From NCBI GenBank assembly GCA_951406725.2, contig OX597816.1, positions 79,174,001 through 79,238,000 of the forward strand: DNA of 64,000 nt, written 5' to 3'. Numbering within the stretch: position 1 is the stretch's first letter; each line of letters begins with the position of its first letter. This stretch comes from Octopus vulgaris. Its lineage: Eukaryota. A program made the translations under genes and the position numbers. Of the stretch, positions 1 through 12,583 are shown in pieces. The notes below the pieces were generated by a model. The model was given only the letters and a program-made list of their open reading frames with translations, ran no database searches and was not told the origin of the DNA.

Positions 1-385
1 CTCGTAATTTTCTGTCAACGGCTTCAAAAGCTTCTTTGTGGGTCATGGTACATTCATCCCAAACAATTAAGTGACATCTCTGTATTAGTTCACCCATAAC
101 AGAATTTTTAGATATATTACAAACTGGATCTTGTTTGTTAGATAAATCTAAAAGTAACTTGAATGTTGAATAGGCAGTCTGACCTCCGGGTAGTAATATT
201 GCTGGGATCCCAGAAGTAGCAGTAGCTAAAGCTATTTAATTTTCTGGATGAACTTTAGCCAGGAGACATTTAATTACAAATGTTTTCCCGCTACCTCCTG
301 GAGCATCTAAAGAATAAAGTCTTCCTGTGTTATTGTTAATACTTTCTATGTCAGTAGAATGTGTATGACGTTGATCAGGTAGAAG
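1..385 (-). pseudogene. Helitron PIF1-like helicase fragment (motifs I-II), runs off window edge
   Basis: Manual minus-strand translation: LLPDQRHTHSTDIESINNNTGRLYSLDAPGGSGKTFVIKCLLAKVHPEN*IALATATSGIPAILLPGGQTAYSTFKL...CNISKNS...LIVWDECTMTHKEAFEAVDRKLR. Walker A GGSGKT, Walker B WDE, one in-frame stop. Not in the ORF track. Confidence 0.9.
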
Positions 386-960
386 AGTGAGAAAGAGAGA
401 AAAAGGGAGAAAGGAGGAAAGAAAGAAAGAGAAAGAAAGGGAGAAAGGAAGGGAGAGAAAGAAAGAGAGGGAAATGGACAGATAGAGAGATAGACAGGGA
501 GATAAAAAGAGAAAGAGAGGTAGAGATACAGAAAGGAAGAAAAAGAGAAAGCAAGAGAAGGAAATGGACAGATAGAGAGATAGACAGGGAGATAAAAAGA
601 GAAAGCGAGGTAGAGATCAAGAAAGAGAGCGACAGCTAGACAGACAGAAAGAGAGGATACTCATAGTATTAAATAACTGAAACATGAATATATATATATA
701 TATACATGTGTGTGTGTTCTTTTATTCTTGTTTCACTATTTTGACAGGGAAATGTACCAGTTGATATATGTGTGTGTGTGTTTGTGTTCTTTTAGTGAGG
801 AAAAGAGAGAGAGAGAAAGAAAGAAAGAAAAAAGGAAGAAAGAAAGAGAGGGAGAAAATAAAAGAGAGAGGAAGAAAGAGAGAGAGAGTGGGAGAAATGA
901 AGAGAGAGAAAAAGAAAGAGAGAGAAAGAAAGAGGCAAAATAGACAAATTGAGAAAAAGA
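386..960. repeat. GA-rich low-complexity tracts with short TA/TG microsatellites
   Basis: Purine-only runs (gagagaaag...); explains the ER/EK and SL/FL ORFs in the track. Confidence 0.9.
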
Positions 961-1051
961 AAATTATACAGAATTGTACCTGGTTTGAGTTTCACTTTGC
1001 AGTACAAACAGACAGAATCTCACTTATATATATATATATATATATATATAA

Positions 1052-1440
1052 ATCATCATCATCATCGTTTAACGTCCATTTTCCATGTTAGCATGGATTG
1101 GACGGTTCGACCGGGGTTTGGGAAGCCATGAGACTGCACCAGGCTCTAGTCTGATCTTGATCTGGCAGTGTTTGTACAGCTGGATGCCCTTCCTAAAGCC
1201 AACCACTCCGTGAGTGTAGTGGGTGCTTTTTACATGCCATCGGCACAGGGGCCAGAGGAGGCTGGCAAACGGCCACGATCGGTTGGTGCTTTTACGTGTC
1301 ACCGACACGGACGCTAGTCAGTTGGCGTTGGCATCAGCCACGTTCGGACGGTGCTTTTTACGTGTCACTGGCATAGGTATCTTAACTACAATTTCCATTT
1401 GATTTTTATTTTGATGCTGGTGTTGACGTACTTGACTCAG
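1052..1440 (-). mobile_element. Retroposon 3' portion with RTE-like tail ending in (GAT)n
   Basis: Minus strand ends ...catggaaaatggacgttaaacgatgatgat; three internal copies of ggtgcttttacRtgYcaY. Confidence 0.6.
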
Positions 1441-1991
<551 letters not shown>

Positions 1992-1998
1992 TTCCATC

Positions 1999-2053
<55 letters not shown>

Positions 2054-2097
2054 TATTTTATACACACATATATATATACGTACATATATATATATCA

Positions 2098-2165
2098 TAA
2101 TGATGATAATGAAATTGTCATATACAGTGCGCTCGGGTGCATAATTATTTATTGCACTGACAAGA
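2098..2165 (-). mobile_element. 3' tip of the CR1-type LINE family
   Basis: aatgaaattgtcatatacagtgcgctcgggtgca resembles the tail at ~51130 (aatgaaattattgtatacagtgctcaggtgca). Confidence 0.55.
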
Positions 2166-2200
2166 CAATATATATATATATATGTAAATATATATATATG

Positions 2201-2261
<61 letters not shown>

Positions 2262-3224
2262 GTAAAGAAAAATAAGTTGGCTAGCAGCGAGCTGTTTCGC
2301 CTCATACCGAAGGAATTAGAAATGGCAGTCAAAGACCCTTTTTTCCATATATATATGACTACATTATTACATTATATGTGGTGATACCACATCCAATATA
2401 TATATTGAATGTGGTATATGTATTGCAATATATATATTGGATATGGTATCACCACTGATGTTTCTTTAGTATCTGATGTCGTTGTTGCTGTTACTGGAGT
2501 TGCTGCCACTGGACGTGATTCTGGTAGTTCCATTGCTGATGGCATAACTGCCGTTTCCGCCTGAAAAGTTGTTATTGGTATTGTCTCTGCTGCTTGATGC
2601 ACAACCGTCGCCATCGGCGTTACCGCTGTCATTGTTGTTGTTGTTAATGTTGTTGTCAGCAGATGTGTCGTTGCTACTTAGGCTGTTACTCTGGCTACCA
2701 TTGTTCAGTTCATAAATTCGTTAAAAATAAATTATGCACTTACACCATAATTTTCTAGCATAATTTAGATCCGCATGGGACTTAAAAGACAAACATTAAA
2801 CAGATACCTTTCAATTTGACGCCTCACCCGCACAGTCAAAATGACCAATTTTTCAATTTCAAGAGGCTTGTGTAGTCACAAAAATGGATTTAGAACCTTG
2901 TCACTTTGTATACCTCATTTTTTTGACCCACACAGTGCAATGGTGCAATCAGAAAACATTTTTACCCTGAAAACGGGATACCCTAATATATGGATACACA
3001 TACACCAATATAAATAAATAAACGCAAATATGTATATATACACATATGCACACACACACACAAAGAACAAATACACACATACATATATATATTTACGCAA
3101 GTATTCTCATTTATACATACATACACACACACATACATACATACAAATAGATGCATACACTTACATATATACACACAAAACATACTAACTTATACATATA
3201 ATATTTAACCCTACATAAACGTGT

Positions 3225-4150
3225 ATATTCTATTAGAACAAACTATACTGCGGTAGTTACGCTAGTACGTCTGGACTTTGAAAGAAAGCACCTCGGAGTA
3301 CAGCATAAAGTGGAAGATCCAAGATCCTAGAAAGATGCAAACCCTACTTCAATAGCAACAGGAAGTGCAGATAATGCCTGGTTGAGAAGAGAGTAGTTTT
3401 AAAAGGAGCTCAACGCCCGGGTGTTTATCTGAATCGCAGGACTGAGACGTTTAATCCTTGGCTACATGAAAGGAAGTACATGCTATCGTATCTGCGCGCC
3501 CCACCATGACTACACCCACAGGTCCCCTGCCTCGACCTTCCGCAAACGACTAATGCCCTTGGGCTCGGTAAAAAGAGTTTGACCAAAGCACATACCAAGG
3601 CACCCATAAAACACACACGCTCAAACCCCTATAAGGTGGATACCCCACAATTTAAACTGTATTTTCCCCCAACACATACCCCTTCACACAAATTGTACCC
3701 CCACATATACACAGATCCGACACACACATTACACACTGCACAATAACATAACGCCCCCACCCACGACCAAAGAACACAGCTATATATACCTACACCCCCA
3801 GAAAAAATTATACACATGACACCACTACACATACCATGCACCCCATCCCCATAGGAGCACCACATTAATAATGCACACTTTCCCCACTTCAAGATAACTA
3901 CTGCCGGCTTCATAGCATACCCAACCAAGGTGAACTAACCCCTAAACTAATCCTCTGGCCCCATTTTCGTCCCACCACCTTTTCCACTGCAACTTCTGAC
4001 CGGTTGTGCTAATCCACCTCCGACAGTAGAGAGCAGTCACCATATTCCCTTCCGTATCGGCTAACTCTGATGTGTGTAAAGTTATATAATCGGGTTGTTA
4101 CCTTATACTCCATTGTATTCTTTACCCGAAACCGATTGGTAAGACCAGCG
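3225..4150 (+). mobile_element. Penelope-like element 3' end (GIY-YIG C-terminus, 3' UTR, decayed hammerhead)
   Basis: Broken frame VWTLKESTSEYSIKWKI..ERCKPYFNSNRKCR*CLVEKRVV...LNRRTETFNPWLHERKYML fits the PLE C-terminal pattern W.LK..Y.IKW.I...PY...C.LCL.EK...LN.R.E. Confidence 0.75.
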
Positions 4151-4182
4151 TGATGGATATTTAATACTATACAGTTCGGATA

Positions 4183-4265
<83 letters not shown>

Positions 4266-4269
4266 CATA

Positions 4270-4428
4270 CACAACGGGCTTCTTTCAGTTTCCATCTATC
4301 AATTCCACTCACAAAGCTTTGGTCGACCCAAGGTTACAGCAGAAAACACTTGCTCTACGTGTCACGCACTGTGACTGATTGCATTACCATGTGGTTAGGA
4401 AGCAAGCTTCTTACCACACAGCCACGCA
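4270..4428 (-). mobile_element. tRNA-derived SINE fragment (GGCTGTGTGGT-headed family)
   Basis: Minus strand gcgtggctgtgtggtaagaagcttgcttcctaaccacatgg...; same family at 5455-5750, 13255-13660, 37770-38060. Confidence 0.75.
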
Positions 4429-4436
4429 TATTCATA

Positions 4437-4845
<409 letters not shown>

Positions 4846-5369
4846 AACAATGATGATGGCGATGATAATAAACCAGACAATTTTTTGAAAAATAACTTTA
4901 TCAAAACAAGACCCCCTTAGAGTAGCCATTTTTAAAGGCCAAGAATCAACTCATCACTTTCTATTGAAAGAACTGACCAGCTGTATAGATGTAAACATGC
5001 TTTTTTCTTCTTTCCCTCTTCCTTCTTTCTTTCCTTCTGTTTTTCATTGACACTCCTTTCAGATACACAGGCACACACACACACACACGCAAATACACAC
5101 ACACACAAATACACACACACACAAATACACACACTCTCTCTCTCTCTCACTTTCTCCCTATTCCTCACCCTCTTTTACTATCCTATATCTCTCTCCACCC
5201 TTACACACTCAATAATATTATAAAAAGAGACGAATCCCCTCCAAAAAATTCAAATCTGAAGAATCTACTAGAGCAGATGCAAGCGCTAATATGTGATTTA
5301 TAAAAAAAATGTGACATATTAATAAAAATCTGTAAATGTACATCCAGATCTCTGTGTACCTTATTTTTT

Positions 5370-5427
<58 letters not shown>

Positions 5428-5454
5428 TAAGCACCCACTACCTACTTTTCTACT

Positions 5455-5750
5455 TTCTACTTGTTTCAGACATTAGACTGCTGCCATTCTGGAGCGGTGC
5501 CTTGAAGAGTTTTGTTGAAGAAATCGACCTCATCACTTATTCTATCCGTCACTTTTTGCTAACCTTTGAATTACGGAGATATAAATAAACCAATACCGGT
5601 TGTCAAGCATTGACAGCACAAACACAAAGATACAGATACACACATGCGCACACATATATAACGGTCTTCTTTCAGTTTGCGTCTGACAAATCCACTCACT
5701 TTGGTCGGCCGGGCTATAGTTGAAAACACTTGCAACAGTACCGCACGTGA
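5455..5750 (-). mobile_element. tRNA-derived SINE, body and 3' tail
   Basis: Plus strand acttgtttcagacattagactgctgccattctggagc... shared with 13255, 44865 and (inverted) 31060. Confidence 0.7.
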
Positions 5751-6974
5751 AAGAAAAAAAATGTTTGCCATAGATCCTCTTGGGTTCATAGAGGGAGAGT
5801 TGTAATGGAATGGTAGCTTCTTCCCATCTTCTCTGTTTCACCCATTAATTCTTCTTCTCTCTCACGCAAACACCCATATACCCACTCATATACCCATCCT
5901 TCTCAGACAACGTCGCATTAAGACTTATATTATTGTATGCTTTGTGTAAGAACATTAAATGCCAACTTTTATGTTTAAAGGTAAGTTTAATATTTGGCTT
6001 GTTCTCTTTCATGTAGTTCTAATGAACAAAATTTTAGCACTAGGTAAGAACTGCTACCTCGGTTAGTATATGTATGTGTATGTATATGAATATCTCTCTC
6101 TCTATGTGTGTATTTGTATAAGTGTGTGTGTGTATCATGTATGTATGCGTGTGTGTGTGAGTGTATGTATATATACATATATACAAATATATATATACAA
6201 ATAAATGAAAGGTACAATATAACCAAATGGTTTAAGAAGTTTACTTTACAATCATGATGTCTTCGTTTCGATGCTCTAACAATCCTGCATAAATGTGTGT
6301 ATGTATGTGTGTGTGAGTGTGTGTGTGTGTGTGTGTGTGAACATACACATGAATATGCATGCATGTGGTTTATTGCATCTGTCTGTTGGTGTAAATGAAC
6401 CAACAATGTTAATGTTCTCTATTCTGTGGAATATTCAATATTGCATGAGTCATTATTGAATATCATATACTACAAAATAAATTATATCTATCCATACTTA
6501 CGGTGAGCATGTCCAAATACAGTTAAAGCTGCAAATACGAACAATGTCAGATAGGTATTACGAGACAGACAAGGATATGTCTTCATCTTCATCATCTGTA
6601 AATAAATAGATTATAAAATATGACATATTATTGATAAAAAAGTTACCTCTGCAGGTTAGTTGTAAATGTGTTAGTACTGTTCAAAGTATTGCTAGTTCAG
6701 ATAAAGCATAGAACATTATGACGATAGGGATGATACTCATCATAATGATGAGAAATTTGTTAGTGGTGGTGATACAACTGGTAATCGGGACATGAGTTTA
6801 TATATGCATACATATACAGTGATTTTCCTGTTAGCTGAAGAGTTCAAATAACTATGAAATATATACGGAGTTTTGCATTTTTTTCAGATTAAAAATATAT
6901 CAGTCATAAACTACTATTACTTTTGGCATATCTAACCTAACTGGCTATTTAAAGTCATACATGTGATATATTTT

Positions 6975-7397
6975 CCACTCCAAACAGATTAGGTGCTAGA
7001 ACATAACAGACCAGACCTAGTGGTGGTCGACAAGATGTACCACGTTCTATATAGCTGATGCTGCATGCCCCCTTGACCCACGAATAGTGAAGAAGGAAGG
7101 CGAAAAAATAGATAAATACAACACTCTTAGGTGTGAAATAGCCCTGTTATGGAAAATGAAGAAGATGAAGATAGTGCCAATTATTGTTGAGTCTTCGGGG
7201 ATAGTATCAGAAGGCATCCAGAGGAAGATAAAGGAAATCGGAATAGAGTGCCCAATAGAACTGTTACAAAATGTTTGCTTCGTTGGCACGTCCAGAATAA
7301 TCAGTAAAGTACTTGATGGTTGAAAAGAAGAGATAGCGGAGTACTGTATGCTGCGGGGTAATGTAGGCTGCTTATAACGCATGCAAGACTCCAGGAA
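6975..7397 (+). mobile_element. R4/Dong-type non-LTR retrotransposon, RLE domain and 3' UTR
   Basis: VLEHNRPDLVVVDK...KEGEKIDKYNTLRCEIALLWKMKK..IVPIIVESSG...CFVGTSRIISKVL: restriction-like endonuclease RPD..D...K..KY motif; 3' end abuts (AAT)/(AAC)n. Confidence 0.85.
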
Positions 7398-7413
7398 GTA
7401 ATAATAATAATAA

Positions 7414-7504
<91 letters not shown>

Positions 7505-7543
7505 AATAATGATAACAAAAACAATAATAACAATAACAACAAT

Positions 7544-7585
<42 letters not shown>

Positions 7586-7597
7586 AATAATGATAAT
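7398..7597. repeat. (AAC)n/(AAT)n microsatellite
   Basis: Directly visible. Confidence 0.95.
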
Positions 7598-7762
7598 AAC
7601 ATAATATACAGAAAATTGCACTACTGGGCACTGCACACATCCTACGCAAAACACTTTCAATACAGTAACCATCAGAGCACTACAACAAATCACAACACAT
7701 ACCCAAGGCACACAGAGCTGCGCTCAGTAGTGAAGTAAAAGCACGCTATAAAAATAGAACTA

Positions 7763-7765
<3 letters not shown>
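7598..7765 (+). mobile_element. 5'-truncated R4/Dong 3' tip
   Basis: IQKIALLGTAHILRKTLSIQ* plus a 3' UTR similar to 8485-8650; followed by (AAT)n. Confidence 0.85.
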
Positions 7766-7843
<78 letters not shown>

Positions 7844-7879
7844 AAGAAGAAGAAGAAGAAGAAGAAGAAGAAGAAAGAA

Positions 7880-8650
7880 AGAAATAGACAAAGCAAAATA
7901 CCAACAATCGCTAAAAAGCTCAAGACTCAAAGCAGAGACTGAAGAATTTTTAATTGCAGTACAAGACCAAAGTCTTCTCACCAGTATTTATCAAAAATAT
8001 GTAATGAAAAGAAACATAAGTAGCTGCAGAATATGTGGAGATGGACAAGAAACAATAAACTATACTGTCACTGGCTGCCCAGTCCTGGTTAAGAAGGAAT
8101 ATATTCACAGACATAACAGGGCTGGGACTTATATACACTGGATGGCATAGGCACACACTAGAAAAGGTCACAGAAAATGAGAAAGCAACCATACTTTGGG
8201 ATATGCTAATACACACAGATAGAGAAATTAAGGCCAACAGGCCAGATATAGTTATCAGTGATCATCAAGAAAAATGCTTTCTAATCGATGCATCAATACC
8301 AATAGATGACAACGTTTCTTTAAAAGAAACGGACGAACTTTCAAAATACAAAAACCTGGAAATAGGTAACTCGAATGTGGAGTCTAAAAGCAGAAACAAT
8401 TTGTATCATAATAGGCGCATTAGGTATGATAAAAAATATTCAGACAAATACATAGCAAAAACACCAGAACTAACAAATATATATAACATACAGAAAATAG
8501 CACTACTAGGCACCGCACACATCCTACGTAAAACACTTTCAATACAGTAACAGCAAGAGCATCACAACAAACCACAGCTCATACCCAAGGCACACAGAGC
8601 TGCGCTCAGTAGTGTAATGAAAACACATGATTAAAATAAGACTAATGAAT
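7880..8650 (+). mobile_element. R4/Dong-type fragment (CCHC-like region plus RLE, 3' UTR)
   Basis: LKAETEEFLIAVQDQSL...CRICGDGQETINYTVTGCPVL...ILWDMLIHTDREIKANRPDIVI...LGTAHILRKTLSIQ. Confidence 0.88.
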
Positions 8651-8664
8651 AAAAATAATAATAT

Positions 8665-8694
<30 letters not shown>

Positions 8695-8697
<3 letters not shown>

Positions 8698-9045
8698 CAT
8701 TTATTTACCACAAGGGCGAAGGATGTGGGGGACAATACAAAGAGAGACATAAAATATGGGGGTTTACATATAATGAAATGATAAAGAAAATGGTAAGAAA
8801 GTATACATAGTATACACTGTAAAAGAAGGGACAATGCATAGCATACAAAGGTTTTAAAAAAATAAAGAGGGAGGGGAAGAAGATAGAGATGTGCCCCTCC
8901 TAATACAGGAAGGCCTCTAGGGATAATCGAGAAACCCCACTGTCCGAGATTTCCCTGAAACCCCAGTTTCTCCAATTCATTCTCTCCGACTCACAGGTCT
9001 ACACTTAGAGAGGTACCATCCACTCTTGCCATTTTCGCAACTTTA
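8695..9045 (-). mobile_element. L1/Tx1-clade 3' end
   Basis: VAKMARVDGTSLSVDL* resembles the C-terminus near 18120-18165 (VARMTRVNRPTVSV); UTR ends gcccttgtggtaaataaatgaaa before (TCA)n. Confidence 0.65.
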
Positions 9046-9049
9046 AAAT

Positions 9050-9215
9050 ACCTTGAGAATGAGAACCCAGGTTCGAAATTTCCCCAAGACACTTAAAGTA
9101 GGCTGGAGGGTATATCAGCCGAAACGTTGAGTCAACAACAAACAAGATGAGGACAAATATCCGTCGAATGTAAATGATGTACATAATTCCTCGTCTCTTA
9201 ATTATAGAACTGTAT
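9050..9215 (+). mobile_element. Short Penelope-type terminal repeat with decayed minimal hammerhead
   Basis: gacac-ttaaagt-a-GGCTG gagggtatat CAGCC-GAAAC GTT-gagtc. Confidence 0.5.
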
Positions 9216-9254
9216 CTTCAAACTTTCTCCTGTGATTTCAAACTTCCTGAAGCA

Positions 9255-9963
9255 CAACATGTCAATGTGGAATTATACCTCTCTAATGGAGAACTGACCA
9301 CAAGAAATATCAATATCAACTGCGGCATTTTCCAAGGTGACTCACTTTCACCTTTAATTTTTTGCATGGCCTTAATACCGCTTACAAGTAAACTTAACTG
9401 AACGGGGTATGGATATAAAATTGGCGATAAGAAAATAAATCATCTATTGTATATGGATGTCTTAAAGCTCTATGGCAAAGACAATAATGAGCTTGAAGGA
9501 CTACCACGAACTGAGAAAGCATTCAGTGATGACATCGGGGTGGAATTTGGTTTTGATAAATGTAACACGGCCACTTTCTAGAAAGGGAAATCGAAGACCT
9601 TACATTCAGTTGTGTTAGATGTGGACACAGTCATAAAAGAACTCGATCAGGAGCAAACTTACAAATACCTCGGAATAAATGAGGGTTCTGGCATTCAGCA
9701 TGCAAGTATGAAACAGAATATCAGAAAAGAATGTCACAAGAAAGTTCAAGTAGTCCTAAACTCCGAGTTAAATGTATGCAACAAGGTGTTAGTTATAGAT
9801 TCCTTAGCGGTTCCAGTTGTTATTTAGAATTTGAATGTGTTTAATTGGAATATGAGCGAAATAAGGAAGATTGACAAGAAAATCTGTAAGCTGCTGACTT
9901 GCAATAAAATGTATTACCCAAAGGCAGACACAGATCGTCTTTACCTACCCAGAGCACTAGGAG
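9255..9963 (+). pseudogene. R4/Dong-type reverse transcriptase fragment
   Basis: GIFQGDSLSPLIFCMAL...INHLLYMDVLKLY (YMDD decayed)...FGFDKC...YKYLGI...DRLYLPRALGG, with in-frame stops. Confidence 0.9.
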
Positions 9964-10029
9964 GTGTGACTTTGATGGCATGTACTGCTCTCTCACTCAA
10001 TAATAATAATAATAATAATAATGATGATG

Positions 10030-10095
<66 letters not shown>

Positions 10096-10574
10096 TTTTG
10101 TCTTGGTATAAAAGATAGGCTACAGCAAATATTCTGCTCAATACCACAGATTTGCTTGTCAGTTGTTTGACCTTAACCAGTTGAGCATATCCCTTAGTGG
10201 CTGACGATATGTGCATCTCTGATCACGAGCAGAAGTAGTGGGGGAGCATCATAGCCATGTGTTGAGAGGGATTCTTTGGGGTTTGAATAATTCACCTCTG
10301 GAAACATGGGTGGTTCTTTCAACATCCTTAAACAACCCTTATTCAGGGACCTTTTGAGCGGGATGGGCTACTCGACCTGAAGAAAATTCTAACTGGGTAC
10401 CACCTGCAAGGTCACATGCTGTTTACCTTGATATGAGATCACCATGTCGCGCACATATGGTTGTGATGCATGTGCCTGGTGTACCCTTATCAGACGGGTA
10501 GTCATGATGGGTATATTGGGCTTCGTATATTTTACCCCAGTGTCACTTTGATGGCATGAACTGCTCTCTCACTC

Positions 10575-10665
<91 letters not shown>

Positions 10666-11216
10666 GCCCTGATGCAGTACCAGGCAGTGGCTCTCATGGC
10701 TTTTGATCTTAACTGATTGGAAGTTTTATGGATATTGTTTTGTCTTGGTATAAAAGATGGGCTACAGCAAATATTCTGCTCAATACCACAGATTTGCTTG
10801 TCAGTTGTTTGCCCTTAACCAGTTGAGCATGTCCCTTAGTGGCTGACGATATGTGCATCTCTGATCACGAGCAGAAGTAGTGGGGGAGCATCATAGCCAC
10901 GTGTTGAGAGGGATTCTTTGGGGTTTGAATAATTCACCTCTGGAAACATGGGTGGTTTTTTCAACATCCTTAAACAACCCTTATTCAGGGACCCTTTGAG
11001 CGGGATGGGCTACTCAACCTGAAGAAAATTCTAACTGGACCCCACCTGCAAGGTCATGTGCTGTTTATCTTGATATGAGATCACCATGTCGCGCACATAT
11101 GGTTGTGATGCATGTGCCTGGTGTACCTTTATCAGACGGGTAGTCATGATGGGTATGTTGGGCTTCGCATATTTTACCTCAGTGTCACTTTGATGGCATG
11201 AACTGCTCTCTCACTC
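9964..11216 (+). mobile_element. Three tandem copies of a ~550-bp non-coding retroposon (9964-9998 tip, 10094-10574 truncated, 10664-11216 full)
   Basis: Near-identical blocks, each ending gtgtSactttgatggcatgNactgctctctcactc followed by (AAT)n. Confidence 0.9.
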
Positions 11217-11312
<96 letters not shown>

Positions 11313-11342
11313 AAGAAGAAGAAGGAGAAGAAGAAGAATTCA

Positions 11343-11495
11343 TTCTACTATAGGCCCAAGGCCTGATATTTGTTAGGACGGGACTAGTCGATTACATCGA
11401 CCCACAATACTCAACTGGTACTTAATTTATCAACCCCGAAAGGATGAAAGGCAAAGTCGGCCTCGGCTGAATTTGAACTTAGAGCGTAAAGAGAT
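11343..11495 (-). mobile_element. SINE fragment with gcctttcatcctttcggggtcgataa central domain
   Basis: Same family as 22525-22921; the central domain resembles the Meta/MESC SINE domain (from memory). Confidence 0.75.
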
Positions 11496-12583
11496 GGTTG
11501 ATCAGACTATTATTGTTATTGCTAAGTGTATATCCATACAGATTGTCGTTTGGCTGGTTTGAAAGAAAGAAGAATGTAACACAGAAGAAAAGTGATGAGA
11601 GGAAGTCAACTTGGAAAATTCTACAGTTCATTTTAATTTTGCCAGACTACAATGACTTCTTCACTGCAGTGGTTAAGAAAACGAGACGTTGTCCAATCGA
11701 TCATGTTATGTCAGAGAAAATCTGAGATAACTAGAAAGATTTTGTATATGTTAAGAGCTTTCAATATTCACCATGGGGAATGCTGTCAAATGCATTCGTA
11801 TAGTCGATCCATGCAGTACTCGAATTATATTTTTTGTGACAGTTTTCAAGGATCGTCTTATTAATCAATAATTGATTTTACAAATATGCATCATCATCAT
11901 CATTGTTGTCGTCGTCGTTGTTGCTATCAAGAAACGTTTCCCACATATTAAATTCAATGGCATTCAATACTGACAATTAGAAATTTTTAAACATTTGTAG
12001 GATAGGTCTTTATATATTTGAGTGTTGTATTGCAAATGACGTTACAACTTTGTATTCATGCTTTTGTCAGTAATGTTTAGAGTGAGCATTTACGATCCTG
12101 TGTCGGTGAATTGATATTGAAATTCAACACTGCGATACCCGGATTTATCACGCTATGTTTGGCATAATTGTTAGAATACAGAATAAAATATAGTTCTTGT
12201 ATTACTTTCGGCTCTCGATATTCTGTGCTAAATTCCGTCCCAGGTTAATTTAAACTTTCATCTTCGGATCTGATAAGTTACCAGTCGAGGGCAATAGATT
12301 GGCAGCATTCTTAGAGTACCTGACGAGATGTTCGGCAGTATTTGTTTAGACAATTTGCTTTCTGAAGTCTTAGATGGCAGACTTAATCTGCCAGGTCAAT
12401 TCGGCGTCAATAACCAGATAAGAAGTCTTACTTTTGTAAATTGTAAAAATTGTTTTTGTTTTCATCATATTTTTTCATATATTTTACTGAATACACCATA
12501 AATGTAAGGTATAGATGTTTTAAGAATAACAGTCACACATTAATATATGAAGAAATAATAACTAAAATTTATTTAGAACAGGA

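Noticed and set aside
2262-2340. Hammerhead (minus strand GGCGAAACAGCT)
   Set aside because: No CUGANGA core or stem I found upstream.
10666-10722. HDV-like ribozyme at the 5' end of the ~550-bp element (P1 GCCCTGA/TCATGGC)
   Set aside because: P1 has a mismatch, extra bases separate P3 from P1, canonical P1.1 is absent and a competing hairpin forms.
9964-11216. CRISPR-like or satellite array
   Set aside because: Units are ~550-bp dispersed retroposon copies separated by microsatellite; eukaryotic context, no cas genes.
11498-11864. Two overlapping short ORFs in non-repeat DNA
   Set aside because: No recognisable motif and no convincing donor site.
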